46,255 nt of DNA. Origin: a virus. Both the position numbers and the translations under genes were made by a program. The notes under the pieces were generated by a model that was not told the origin of the DNA, made no database searches, and was given only the letters and a program-made list of their open reading frames with translations. The stretch is from the IMG/VR virus record IMGVR_UViG_3300029880_000015; one strand, 5' to 3'. Positions 14,824-23,925 of the stretch are shown here, piece after piece (the stretch's first letter is position 1; every line of letters starts with the position of its first letter).

Positions 14824-15017
14824 TTTGCGTCCTCCTTATCGTTCGCTCTTTTATTCCATGCTTCTATTGCATATTCGGGATTGTTATAATGTCCTGTACC
14901 GCAAAGACAGTTACCGCATTTTACAAGATACTGAGCATTACCTAAATATCCAATTTCATCATCGGTAAAAATTTGCGCCTCTTCTCCGCAAAACGGACAA
15001 GGTTTTAATTTATCCAT
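14817..15017 (-). CDS. Lar-family restriction-alleviation-like zinc-ribbon protein
   Basis: MDKLKPCPFCGEEA...VKCGNCLCG...AIEAWNKR matches the Lar family pattern. Start taken at the second ATG, after GAGGAC. Confidence 0.65.
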   Translation of the reverse strand: MDKLKPCPFCGEEAQIFTDDEIGYLGNAQYLVKCGNCLCGTGHYNNPEYAIEAWNKRANDKEDAKC

Positions 15018-15024
15018 TACGTCC

Positions 15025-15420
15025 TCACTTTCCATAACCTTTCAGAATTTCTGCAACTGCATTAATGTGTTCTGATAATGCGTCTAAATCTTCATCTTTA
15101 ATTATTCTCAGACCACGGCTCGACTTAAAATCTTCAATGGTATATACACCATCTCTGATTTCCTTAAATTTCTTTGCCATTTCACTTTCTTTTATGGCTT
15201 CGGAATCATATTTATAAAATGTCTCATATTTATCGTGCTCTCCGAACTTGTCGGTTTCGATTTTGGTTCGTTTAGGAGTTATGCGAATGATCTTTGTCGG
15301 ATACACCATGACGTGTCTAAAACTTGTTGCCCATCCGCACCGTACTTCTCTTGCAACTCCAACCACATCTCCGACTTTTAAATCATCTTTATTTATCGGG
15401 TTTAATTTTCCTATTACCAT
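15025..15420 (-). CDS. Hypothetical protein
   Basis: 131-aa ORF. Confidence 0.6.
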   Translation of the reverse strand: MVIGKLNPINKDDLKVGDVVGVAREVRCGWATSFRHVMVYPTKIIRITPKRTKIETDKFGEHDKYETFYKYDSEAIKESEMAKKFKEIRDGVYTIEDFKSSRGLRIIKDEDLDALSEHINAVAEILKGYGK

Positions 15421-15486
15421 TTTCTTGCCGTCCTCACTTTCTCCATGTAAGCAACTGGCACGCTATTGCGCAGTTGGTACATGATT

Positions 15487-15867
15487 TTAAACTCCCATCT
15501 TCTTAACCAGATTCTTATTCATCTCATCAAATCTAACGTCTGTATTCTCTTCAATGTCCTGTATCATGCTCAGAACGTTCATTTCGCCCCTATTTGCCAT
15601 TTCAACGTACTCATTGGCAGTTTGTACGACTGCGAGTAAACGCTTCGTAGAGAAGCCATATAAGCGTCTCAGAGCCATCATGGTGGTGACAGTGTTGATC
15701 GTGTTGCTCCAATCTTCACCAACAGTAAAACCATCTTCATAAGCTTTCTTTTCCATTTCCTTAAGCTCTTTCTGGCAGTTCTGGATAGACTGTGCAAACA
15801 TATGAGCCTGCTGATTCGTATATGGAATGAATGCTTTCTTTTTCTGCTTAATTTTTAGGTTTCCCAT
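15487..15867 (-). CDS. Hypothetical protein
   Basis: 126-aa ORF. Confidence 0.6.
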   Translation of the reverse strand: MGNLKIKQKKKAFIPYTNQQAHMFAQSIQNCQKELKEMEKKAYEDGFTVGEDWSNTINTVTTMMALRRLYGFSTKRLLAVVQTANEYVEMANRGEMNVLSMIQDIEENTDVRFDEMNKNLVKKMGV

Positions 15868-16112
15868 CCAACAGTCCTCCTTATTTTCTGAGTCAGAATG
15901 TCAAACTGTAAGAATAATTCCCTGTCCTTACATTCCCTTGCTTTTATGTCACAGTCGTAATCATTTATCTGATATTTCCCTTCTAACAGATCGCCATTAT
16001 CCAGATGTCTTTGAAAGACTCCCTTAGAAATCCCGAACCGTTCCAAAATTTCTATTCTTCTCATACTGTCGACGAATGTACCATCTGCTGTAACAATGTC
16101 ATAAAGTTTCAT
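15855..16112 (-). CDS. Hypothetical protein, possible small HTH
   Basis: 85 aa. RRIEILERFGISKGVFQRHL resembles an HTH. Confidence 0.5.
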   Translation of the reverse strand: MKLYDIVTADGTFVDSMRRIEILERFGISKGVFQRHLDNGDLLEGKYQINDYDCDIKARECKDRELFLQFDILTQKIRRTVGWET

Positions 16113-16378
16113 TTTATCTCCTTACTTGTCTTTCTTATTCCGTACCCAACCGGAGTATATGCCCTGTCGGTACTGGGATGGTTCGTTCTGAGCAAGTCAT
16201 CATCGACTAATTGATTAATATGTTTCCAGACCGTAGCTCTCCCGACATCCACCTTTTCGGAAATCTCCGTAATCGACGGTGCGTATCCAACCAGTTTGAT
16301 ATAACTGACGATATACATATAAATTTCTTTTCTGAGGGCCTGTCCCTGTTCGTATCTATTTTTCGTGTTGTACGGCAT
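16109..16378 (-). CDS. Winged-helix DNA-binding protein (LexA N-terminal/MarR-like)
   Basis: Internal start MPYNTKNRYEQ after AAAAGGAG. YAPSITEISEKVDVGRATVWKHINQLVDDDLL is a wHTH pattern. Confidence 0.6.
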   Translation of the reverse strand: MPYNTKNRYEQGQALRKEIYMYIVSYIKLVGYAPSITEISEKVDVGRATVWKHINQLVDDDLLRTNHPSTDRAYTPVGYGIRKTSKEIK

Positions 16379-16625
16379 TTTGATTCTCCTTTTCCAATTC
16401 TTTTGCCTTATTAAACATCTTAGAAAGATAATCCGAATAAGCAACAAGCATGTGATCTACAAATCCATTTTTGCTATATTTTTCAGACACAACATGGATC
16501 TGTTCAACTACCTGCTGCCAGTATTCATCCTTTGCCTCAATTCCGGCAGTCTGGAGGACCAGTGCCGGAAAGTCAATCTGTAAAAACTTTATGGTGTTCG
16601 GTATCTGCTCATGCGTCACTCTCAT
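16356..16625 (-). CDS. Hypothetical protein
   Basis: 89-aa ORF following the helicase gene. Confidence 0.6.
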   Translation of the reverse strand: MRVTHEQIPNTIKFLQIDFPALVLQTAGIEAKDEYWQQVVEQIHVVSEKYSKNGFVDHMLVAYSDYLSKMFNKAKELEKENQNAVQHEK

Positions 16626-16627
16626 AC

Positions 16628-18028
16628 TTACGCACCTTCTTCTACCTCAAAACTCTGTTCAAGAAGTCGCTCGTTATCCTTGCTAAACGCCTTTATATAG
16701 CTCTGTTTTATCGGTCTGATAAAATGTATGCCGTTAGCTGATTTAGCCCGGGAAACAGCCACATAGAACTGTCCAGGATCCCAACAGCAAGGGTCAATGT
16801 TGATTTTTTCAAATGTCTGTCCCTGTGATTTATGAATGCTGATTGCCCAGGCAAGTTTTACCGGGAACTGAGAGAAAGAGCCTACTTTCTTACGGACAAT
16901 CTTCTCTTTCACGATCTTCCGACCATCCTTTTCTTGTTCGGATTCCTCAATAACCTGTTTCTCAATGTCTTTATTGTATCTATATAAGCTAACTGTTTTG
17001 CCCTTATCAGTTTTGATAACCAGATAAGATTCTTCAAATTCTCCGTTTTCCACAATTTTCTGAATGATGCCAATCGTTCCATTAACGTAGTTTCCAGACA
17101 AATCATTGACTGTAATCATCACTTTTGCACCGATGTTAAGAATTAAGTCCTCTCTGGCAAATGCAATGTTCTTAATATCGGCAGATGTTAGCTCGCCGTC
17201 AACTGCTGCATGAAACACTTTTTCGGTCTTTTTATCCAACTTGCCAAGGAAAGTATTGTTAATTCTGTCAGCTTCTGCATTAGTGCCAACCAAGAACGGC
17301 GCTTCCGGTATAACTTTGTCTGATTCGTTGTTCTCCAGATATGCAATGGATTTTCTAATATTGTTGCCATATTTAATATCATTCAGCACATACTTAAATC
17401 CCTCATCATTCTGCCTGCATACCTCATCAAGTTTGATATATTCAAATCCCATTTCTTTCCAGTATTCAGACATGAAAGCATATCCATGTTCATACTTTCC
17501 ACCCTTTCCATAATCAGATCCATACATCCGACAGAGAATTTTTCGATCGTCTGTCGTAATAACTGGCGGAAGCTGGTAGAAATCACCTATCACGATTAAC
17601 TGAATGTCTTCTTTGTCCTCTCCGATCAGAAGTCTGTCAACTGCTCTCTCTTCATTCTCCGTGATGATTGTCTTCGCAATCATATTAAACAGATCGAACC
17701 GACACATGCTGATTTCATCAATGATAAGAACGTCTGCTTCTTCTAACAGTTCAGCTCTGGATTTCACTTTTTTCTTGTAGTCCTCAAATTTAATTGAGAT
17801 ATTCAACGCACGATGTACAGTAGTTGCTCCGTATCCGATATTGTCCGCAGCTATTCCGGTAGTAGCAGATACCAGAACACTTTTACCAGCTTTTTCCGCC
17901 TCATCAATGAATGTCTGAATAACCGTTGTCTTGCCTGTTCCTGCATCTCCTGTAAGGAAAACATTACTACCAGATAGCATTGTGTCCAATGCGTACCGCT
18001 GTTTTTTATTAAGCTTCTCTTTTTCCAT
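16628..18028 (-). CDS. PIF1/RecD-like SF1 DNA helicase
   Basis: Start MEKEKL (ATG 18028) lies 11 nt after AAGGAG. FLTGDAGTGKTT (Walker A), VLIIDEISM (Walker B) and a C-terminal ISIHKSQGQTF. Confidence 0.85.
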   Translation of the reverse strand: MEKEKLNKKQRYALDTMLSGSNVFLTGDAGTGKTTVIQTFIDEAEKAGKSVLVSATTGIAADNIGYGATTVHRALNISIKFEDYKKKVKSRAELLEEADVLIIDEISMCRFDLFNMIAKTIITENEERAVDRLLIGEDKEDIQLIVIGDFYQLPPVITTDDRKILCRMYGSDYGKGGKYEHGYAFMSEYWKEMGFEYIKLDEVCRQNDEGFKYVLNDIKYGNNIRKSIAYLENNESDKVIPEAPFLVGTNAEADRINNTFLGKLDKKTEKVFHAAVDGELTSADIKNIAFAREDLILNIGAKVMITVNDLSGNYVNGTIGIIQKIVENGEFEESYLVIKTDKGKTVSLYRYNKDIEKQVIEESEQEKDGRKIVKEKIVRKKVGSFSQFPVKLAWAISIHKSQGQTFEKINIDPCCWDPGQFYVAVSRAKSANGIHFIRPIKQSYIKAFSKDNERLLEQSFEVEEGA

Positions 18029-18333
18029 TTTTGTAACCACTCCTTATGCCTTAGTAACCAATTGTAACAATCTGAATTTTCATATAATTTAATTTTATTT
18101 TTTAATTTGTGTAATCATTTTATTTTTGTAACCAATGTGTAACCAACTTTTCAACCACCTTGGTTACACCACAAACCCTTATTTTATGCGGGTTTCAGAG
18201 TTGTGTAACCGTGTAACCAATGTAACCAAGGTTTTCCTATAGGAGATTGCAATGTATATATGATTTTTTTATATATTTTTTTATTCCCTATACACATGCT
18301 TTTCCGCGGGTTACATGGTTACATGGTTACAAA
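18029..18333. repeat. Putative replication origin: GTAACC(A)/TGGTTAC iterons flanking AT-rich tracts
   Basis: Direct GTAACCA copies at 18033, 18054, 18128, 18139, 18205 (GTAACC only), 18212 and 18222. Inverted (T/G)GGTTAC copies at 18161, 18308, 18317 and 18326. AT-rich stretches at 18070-18127 and 18250-18290. The region lies between the two helicase genes. Confidence 0.65.
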
Positions 18334-20292
18334 TCACGAAAACGGAACACTTGTTCCAGTATTGGCAGGTATAAAATCAGCTTCAACATGCTCATTTTCC
18401 TGTTCGTCTTCAAGATCTTTTATATCAATAATCTTTACAGCAACAAGTCTCATTACGCTTCCCCCATCTCTTTTTATTACCGTATCCCTTTTTCCTGTAT
18501 GCTTAATTAATTCTCGATTAATCGCCCATGCTGAAAAGGCCTTTCTGGAGAATCCGTTGTTCTTTAGGAGATTTTCAAGAGGTTTCGGATAAAAGTATAC
18601 ATATACGTCTCCATACTCATCTGGAGTTTCCTTGAATCCCCATTGATCACAGCTGAATTGTGCATCAAAGTGTTGCCCGTACACGGAAAGACTTTCAAGA
18701 ATGAATTCATAGCATCTCTGACCTTCTGATACATCTTTTTTGCGTGTAGGAATATCTACGACGTCCTCGACTGTCAGCTCACGTCCATCCTTAAATATGA
18801 AATCTGTAGCTAATTTATCCGCTAGTAGAAGAGTAGATATAGCCATTACCTGCTTTGCCGGGAAATTATATCCATCAAAGCCCTTTTCAATCTCAGACTT
18901 CATTTCTTTCAGCTCATCCGGTGTAAATTTTTTTAGATTTCCAACAAATACTCTTCCAGCAAAACCATAATTTTTCATTACAGTGCTATTAATTTCTGCT
19001 GGATTCTCATAAATATCTTCGCAGCACTCAATTTCAATAATTCTGTTGATTGCTCCACCGGAATCTGCAAATTCTGAAATAGGATTCTCGCCGTTGCAAA
19101 TGGTTACATTACTCCATGTATTCTCCTTAGCTGCTCCGAGGTCCTTATTTGATCTTCCTTTCCCTTTACCGGAACAGAGATTGTAAATCAATGTTTCGTA
19201 GTTGTCCCGAATATATTGAGAAGCGTTCTTAGAGTCATCAAGGATCATCGGAAAGTTATTAAGCATGTCTGCCCTTGTCTCCAATGACGTATCTGTTGAC
19301 CGGAAATTCCCAACGTAGGATCCTGGCGACGGGTTTCCCCAGATAGATGCAGCTATGTTGATCGTTACTGTCTTGCCGCCGCCCGTCTGTCCGTAGAAAT
19401 CCACAATGAATGGCAGTGCGTCAAGTGGTTGCACAAGCACACTTGCAAAAGATGCCGCCAGTGCTATTCGTGGTTCTAATCGTCCGCACGACCGTAACTG
19501 TTTGGCCAGAGTCACCCACTTGAAGTAGTCTCCACTTTCCTGTATACTCTGGAATAGTGTTTTAAAGCGGTATTCGCCATCAAAAACGATTGAAAGGTCG
19601 TAAGGTACAAATGCATTGCCATGCCACCCTAACTTGCTCGTAGAGTGCTGTATGTCGATCATATCGGCATTGTACATTTCAACATCCGCCAGATACTTCA
19701 CAAGAAGCCTTGCATTCTCTGAGTTGACCTGCACACCGAACCTTGCAAGATTAGTTATCGCCCTGGAAGTCACAATGTCGATTTTTGGAACAGTTATTTC
19801 TGTCCAGTATCCATCTCTTTTAAAAGCCACTGTGATCTGTTCTTCGCCTGTCTCAATATTTTTCAGTCGACGTATCGGCATGATTGGATGGTGGCAAACA
19901 AGTTCTCTCGCCTTGGATGTTTCAGAAGAAAATATTCCGTTTTCTGTAGCTATCCAGCTGCCACAAGCCATGTTTGGATATTCTTTTCCAATATCATCCT
20001 CATAAAAGTTTGTGATATTTTCAACTAACTGCATAGAACGATTTACTTTTTCTTCCTTTTCCTTGTCCTGTTCTGCTTTCTGGAATTCTTTTATGAATTC
20101 CTCGGCTATGCTTTTTGCTCTTACACTCTTCGCCCTGTCCATTAACTTAAATTTAGCTTCCGAACGGTCGATTTTACTTTTTATTGAAAAAAGTTCTTCA
20201 TACAGTTGCTTCTGCATAAAATCATTTGCTTGCAAATTTTCAATATTTTCAAGAATGCTTCTCACCTCCTGCCTTAGCTGACAATATTTCAT
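18334..20292 (-). CDS. Replicative helicase-like P-loop protein (DUF927/MCM-like or P4/D5-type)
   Basis: About 652 aa. FYGQTGGGKTVT (Walker A) and FPMILDDS (Walker B), with a large N-terminal domain. It follows the CHC2 zinc-finger gene. The start is uncertain (ATG 20292 or TTG 20313). Confidence 0.65.
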   Translation of the reverse strand: MKYCQLRQEVRSILENIENLQANDFMQKQLYEELFSIKSKIDRSEAKFKLMDRAKSVRAKSIAEEFIKEFQKAEQDKEKEEKVNRSMQLVENITNFYEDDIGKEYPNMACGSWIATENGIFSSETSKARELVCHHPIMPIRRLKNIETGEEQITVAFKRDGYWTEITVPKIDIVTSRAITNLARFGVQVNSENARLLVKYLADVEMYNADMIDIQHSTSKLGWHGNAFVPYDLSIVFDGEYRFKTLFQSIQESGDYFKWVTLAKQLRSCGRLEPRIALAASFASVLVQPLDALPFIVDFYGQTGGGKTVTINIAASIWGNPSPGSYVGNFRSTDTSLETRADMLNNFPMILDDSKNASQYIRDNYETLIYNLCSGKGKGRSNKDLGAAKENTWSNVTICNGENPISEFADSGGAINRIIEIECCEDIYENPAEINSTVMKNYGFAGRVFVGNLKKFTPDELKEMKSEIEKGFDGYNFPAKQVMAISTLLLADKLATDFIFKDGRELTVEDVVDIPTRKKDVSEGQRCYEFILESLSVYGQHFDAQFSCDQWGFKETPDEYGDVYVYFYPKPLENLLKNNGFSRKAFSAWAINRELIKHTGKRDTVIKRDGGSVMRLVAVKIIDIKDLEDEQENEHVEADFIPANTGTSVPFS

Positions 20293-20746
20293 ATCTGCTT
20301 CTTTCTTTTTCAAGGTTGAACTGGCACATATACCACTCTTCTGAACCAGGAGGGAAGGTTTTTAGCGCTGTTTCGTACATAAGTATGTTCTTTTCTACCT
20401 GCTCAAGCTCATTAGGATCCTGAGCGGGATTACATTTTTTTAATTTGATATCTCGCACTTCATGTCTGATCTGGTTACGACTTTTACCTTTTTTAGAGAT
20501 ATAAGTACCACCCAGCTCGATAAATGCAGTGCTAAAAGGGACGGATTCGTATTGCATCACGAAATCAAACACATCGCCACCGGTTCCGCAGCCGAAGCAG
20601 TAAAAGGAATCATCGTAAATCTTACATGACGCTGACTTTTCCTTGTGAAATGGACAACATATAAATCCTGCTCTGTTTGGTTTTAGTCCATACCTGGAAA
20701 GTATCTCCGACATTTTCACTGACTGTTTGATTTCTTCTTTCGTCAT
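20249..20746 (-). CDS. CHC2 (DnaG-type) zinc-finger protein without a recognisable TOPRIM domain
   Basis: 165 aa. Contains FICCPFHKEKSASCKIYDDSFYCFGCGTGGDVFDFV. Confidence 0.75.
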   Translation of the reverse strand: MTKEEIKQSVKMSEILSRYGLKPNRAGFICCPFHKEKSASCKIYDDSFYCFGCGTGGDVFDFVMQYESVPFSTAFIELGGTYISKKGKSRNQIRHEVRDIKLKKCNPAQDPNELEQVEKNILMYETALKTFPPGSEEWYMCQFNLEKERSRYEILSAKAGGEKHS

Positions 20747-21324
20747 GTCAGCAACTCCACGATTCTCCGCCCGGTTTCTTCTTTTGTACAGAATTCAAAC
20801 TGGACGTTATATCGGTCTCTGATAGTGCAAATGGAACGAAACAGAGAAACTCCTTTAATTTCTTTCTGAATATATTTTTCTTTCATTCGTATTGTTCTCC
20901 CATTGATGTTTCTTGCCCTCCAACGAAACCGCTCCATTTCTGGCTGGTAAAAAAAATACACATCTTCAAGGCACTTTACATCCTCGCCGTGTTCGCAAAG
21001 AATGACTAACTTTGATTGATTATTAATAGGCTTTAACAGTTCTCTTTTAAACCTTTCATGTTGAGCACATACATTTCCATATAACTCTTGTAGATCTTTT
21101 TTTGTATCTATAGATAATGGAATAACTGCTTCCAGATCCTTTTTGCATACCTTCTTTTTGCTGTCAATAATAGATTGAATCTCATCCGTAATCTTACAGT
21201 AATCGCCAAATGGAAGTGATACAGGGACAAGAATCGCCCCCATATTTTCCATTTGTTTGTGCTTAACAGAATTTGATTTTCCATGTGAACCGGAAAACTG
21301 GTTTTTGTCTACCGCAATTTTCAC
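20743..21324 (-). CDS. Hypothetical protein, possible ERCC4/PD-(D/E)XK-like nuclease
   Basis: 193 aa. IAVDKNQ...LPFGDYCKI...SIDTKKDLQEL...LVILCEHG loosely follows the ERCC4 motif order. Weak call. Confidence 0.3.
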   Translation of the reverse strand: MKIAVDKNQFSGSHGKSNSVKHKQMENMGAILVPVSLPFGDYCKITDEIQSIIDSKKKVCKKDLEAVIPLSIDTKKDLQELYGNVCAQHERFKRELLKPINNQSKLVILCEHGEDVKCLEDVYFFYQPEMERFRWRARNINGRTIRMKEKYIQKEIKGVSLFRSICTIRDRYNVQFEFCTKEETGRRIVELLT

Positions 21325-21335
21325 AAAATCACCTC

Positions 21336-21962
21336 TTAATTGAACGGAAGGACATCATCTGCTACGTTATCTGGAATGCTCATAAAGTCCGTACCTGCCG
21401 GATTCACTCCCATGATAGCTTCTTCTTTCAGATGATCATCATAGGCTTTTGTGGTGCGCTCTTCTGGGATATCCGCATCCTTAATTCCCTCAATACTACG
21501 GAACCATGCAAGCTTGTGATGTTTTACTTCTTTGTTTTCGTACCAGTCTTTCTCCAGACGGAAGATACCGCCGATTAGCTTACCTTTAAACTGCTGTCCG
21601 AAGTTGTCACCCCACTTAACAGCAAAACCCGGATTTGACTTTTCTACGCATGTGATAAATGTTTTAAGGTTACGGACACCATAATCTACGCTCTCGTCAA
21701 TAACCATATAGTTAGTACCGGCATTCGGATACTTCTTGTCTGGACGGATATCGTTTTCGAACTGCTTCATAAAATATCCAGCCTGTTCGTCACCGTCGGC
21801 AAAATCAAACAGAATAACGAGCATATTTTTAGTTTTTCCCTCATCGTCTGGTTTTGACTGACGTTCAGACACCTGTTTAATCACCATTTTATGACCGCCA
21901 AGCTTAATTGGTTCAAATTCTCCTGCTGCCTGTGTTGTATCATACATTGCCGGTTTATTCAT
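21336..21962 (-). CDS. DUF669-like protein (putative ssDNA-binding accessory of Sak4-type recombination modules)
   Basis: 208 aa directly downstream of the AAA ATPase, the usual gene order for this module. N-terminus FEPIKLGGHKMVIKQV. Confidence 0.55.
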   Translation of the reverse strand: MNKPAMYDTTQAAGEFEPIKLGGHKMVIKQVSERQSKPDDEGKTKNMLVILFDFADGDEQAGYFMKQFENDIRPDKKYPNAGTNYMVIDESVDYGVRNLKTFITCVEKSNPGFAVKWGDNFGQQFKGKLIGGIFRLEKDWYENKEVKHHKLAWFRSIEGIKDADIPEERTTKAYDDHLKEEAIMGVNPAGTDFMSIPDNVADDVLPFN

Positions 21963-22602
21963 CTTTATTCTCTCCCTTTCCTAATTCGTAATAATCTCTA
22001 ATAATCTTGTCTACCGCTGCCAGATCATTGTCTATGGTCAGTGAATCAAACATACCAATTGGTGATTTGCTGACAGCTCCCTGACTTGCCTGAGTGACAA
22101 ATAAATGTTTTCCACTTTCTTCAATGCAACGGAGAACTATTGTAAACATGCCCTCTACGCAAACTTTTTCATCCAAAAGCTTTCCTATTGTCTTTGGTTT
22201 TACGTCTCCAGAATCATCCTTATCTTCGTGCATCATAAGATATACGACTTTGCTTTCCGGAACCTTTGTCACAATGAATTGAATCAGATTCCAGAAATAA
22301 TCGCCAATGTCATTGTAAAGTGAGAATACTGCATTACCTTTTCCGGCAGAAGCATGTCCTCTCATAAAGTGATTCGTAATAAGATAGCCTGCATCATCAA
22401 TTACGATTGACTCTGCTTTTGATGCAATTAGGCATTTCATAACCTGCTGGTAATCATCTGTAAACCATCCGTCAATTTTCCCCTTGAATGGAAGTGGCTT
22501 GTTTAATACTCTGATAAGGTTCCAGTTTTTGTTCTGACAGTTTCTAAGACTAGTACTTTTACCGGAACCAGATTTTCCAATAATCAATACCGGTGTTGCC
22601 AT
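21955..22602 (-). CDS. AAA_24/Sak4-like RecA-fold ATPase
   Basis: 215 aa. IIGKSGSGKSTS (Walker A) and SIVIDDAGY (Walker B). Confidence 0.65.
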   Translation of the reverse strand: MATPVLIIGKSGSGKSTSLRNCQNKNWNLIRVLNKPLPFKGKIDGWFTDDYQQVMKCLIASKAESIVIDDAGYLITNHFMRGHASAGKGNAVFSLYNDIGDYFWNLIQFIVTKVPESKVVYLMMHEDKDDSGDVKPKTIGKLLDEKVCVEGMFTIVLRCIEESGKHLFVTQASQGAVSKSPIGMFDSLTIDNDLAAVDKIIRDYYELGKGENKDE

Positions 22603-22604
22603 TG

Positions 22605-22805
22605 TTATTCCTCCTTGTCATAAACTACATGCTTGCTGCTCTCAATAATCAGCAAGCTTGTAATATCTTTCATTGATAAGGTTGATTCGTTATAGATTTC
22701 AACCAGCGCGTTGTATGCAACTGTTGATACTTTCACGACCGGGTTATCCTTATCGGTTGCCGGCTGCTTCTTCCTTACCGGAATACGGATTTCAAATTCA
22801 CTCAC
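22605..22805 (-). CDS. Hypothetical protein
   Basis: 66 aa with a GTG start after AAGGAGGAAAG. Confidence 0.55.
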   Translation of the reverse strand: MSEFEIRIPVRKKQPATDKDNPVVKVSTVAYNALVEIYNESTLSMKDITSLLIIESSKHVVYDKEE

Positions 22806-22971
22806 TAATACTTTCCTCCTTATATGATTTCTGAGCCGTTAAAAGCCCATTTAAGGCTTGTACGTAGCTTGCCAATGTTCTTGCCTTGTATGATTCTTCT
22901 ATCGGATTATCCGGCACAATAGCAAGCTGGGTGTCGATTAATCTAACAATCTCATTAATGCGCTCTTCCAT
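22798..22971 (-). CDS. Small hypothetical protein (57 aa, below the ORF-track cutoff)
   Basis: ATG at 22971 gives MEERINEIVRLIDTQLAIVPDN.... The ORF fills an otherwise non-coding gap and overlaps the next start. Confidence 0.45.
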   Translation of the reverse strand: MEERINEIVRLIDTQLAIVPDNPIEESYKARTLASYVQALNGLLTAQKSYKEESISE

Positions 22972-22973
22972 GT

Positions 22974-23210
22974 TTACACCGCCTTAAAAAAGCAATACAC
23001 ATTGTCAGAACCATCCCCTCTCACCGGATTTTTTTTGCCATTCGAAAATACTCCGCCGGCACAGTGATACTCGAGGTGATTCAGATACATGTCCGGATTT
23101 TCCCAATCAAGAATGTACTCTTTCCGTCTGTTCAGCTCCGTCAGAAGCTCGTTCGCCGTTGTTATCAGTTCCATTGTCGGCAGGAGCTTCAACTCCATCT
23201 GATTCAACAT
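22974..23210 (-). CDS. Hypothetical protein
   Basis: 78 aa. The ATG lies 8 nt after GGGAGGTG, inside the 3' end of 23107..23478. Confidence 0.55.
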   Translation of the reverse strand: MLNQMELKLLPTMELITTANELLTELNRRKEYILDWENPDMYLNHLEYHCAGGVFSNGKKNPVRGDGSDNVYCFFKAV

Positions 23211-23478
23211 TTAGCGGACACCTCCCATCTATTAAGAGTCTAAGAAGATGTGCTTTTGCAAGTTTGCACTGCTCAGCTGATTCCTTCTTAAGCAGTTTAC
23301 TATCAAAGTAGATTGTGTAATTTCCATCCTTTTTCCTGTTCGGATCCCACTTTGAATTCATAATGTCGATATCGCAAAGATGCACGTGCGAAGTGATGTA
23401 AAACGAAACAAAATAATCTGTTTCGTTTGAAACTCTCCATGCTAATTCAAAAAGCTCTTTGATTTTTTTTTTAAACAT
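23107..23478 (-). CDS. Hypothetical protein
   Basis: 123-aa ORF. The last ~35 codons overlap 22974..23210 in another frame. Confidence 0.55.
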   Translation of the reverse strand: MFKKKIKELFELAWRVSNETDYFVSFYITSHVHLCDIDIMNSKWDPNRKKDGNYTIYFDSKLLKKESAEQCKLAKAHLLRLLIDGRCPLNVESDGVEAPADNGTDNNGERASDGAEQTERVHS

Positions 23479-23493
23479 TTTCGTTCTCCTTTC

Positions 23494-23649
23494 TTAAAGC
23501 AGTGCTAAATACGTAAACAGCGCAAATACAATGCCTGCCAGGACCTGCTGCAAGCTCTTCTCCCACATCCACACCGGAAGAAAAGTAAACAGGATCCCGA
23601 TAATCACACTGACTACAATATCCTTTCTGTTCTGTCTAGGTGATTTCAT
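23494..23649 (-). CDS. 51-aa membrane protein (two hydrophobic segments)
   Basis: The ATG lies 5 nt after GGAGGGGAAAG. Sequence MKSPRQNRKDIVVSVIIGILFTFLPVWMWEKSLQQVLAGIVFALFTYLALL. Confidence 0.5.
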   Translation of the reverse strand: MKSPRQNRKDIVVSVIIGILFTFLPVWMWEKSLQQVLAGIVFALFTYLALL

Positions 23650-23676
23650 TCTTTCCCCTCCAAAAAGAAAAAAAGA

Positions 23677-23862
23677 TTACAGACTGTAAGCAATATACCA
23701 AAAGATATTAGTAATGATTAACAGCGCGGCAGTCAAAAGCCATGCACTGAACCACTTCTTAGTCTCTCTCTTTGCTTTTTTTACGATTTCGGTAGCCAGC
23801 ATTGTTTCCAAATCGTTCCATGTAATCTTTTCGTTGTTTGTTGCATTTTTTTTATTTTCCAT
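23677..23862 (-). CDS. 61-aa C-terminally TM-anchored protein
   Basis: The ORF ends in WFSAWLLTAALLIITNIFWYIAYSL. Confidence 0.55.
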   Translation of the reverse strand: MENKKNATNNEKITWNDLETMLATEIVKKAKRETKKWFSAWLLTAALLIITNIFWYIAYSL

Positions 23863-23890
23863 ATTATTTTCCTCTCGCTTATCGCTTATA

Positions 23891-23919
23891 TTGACTTTTA
23901 GCGGATAGAGGATTATAAT
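23891..23919 (+). promoter_or_regulatory. Near-consensus sigma-70-type promoter on the plus strand (orphan)
   Basis: TTGACT (23891-96), a 17-nt spacer, then TATAAT (23914-19). There is no plus-strand ORF downstream. Confidence 0.55.
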
Positions 23920-23925
23920 TTACCT

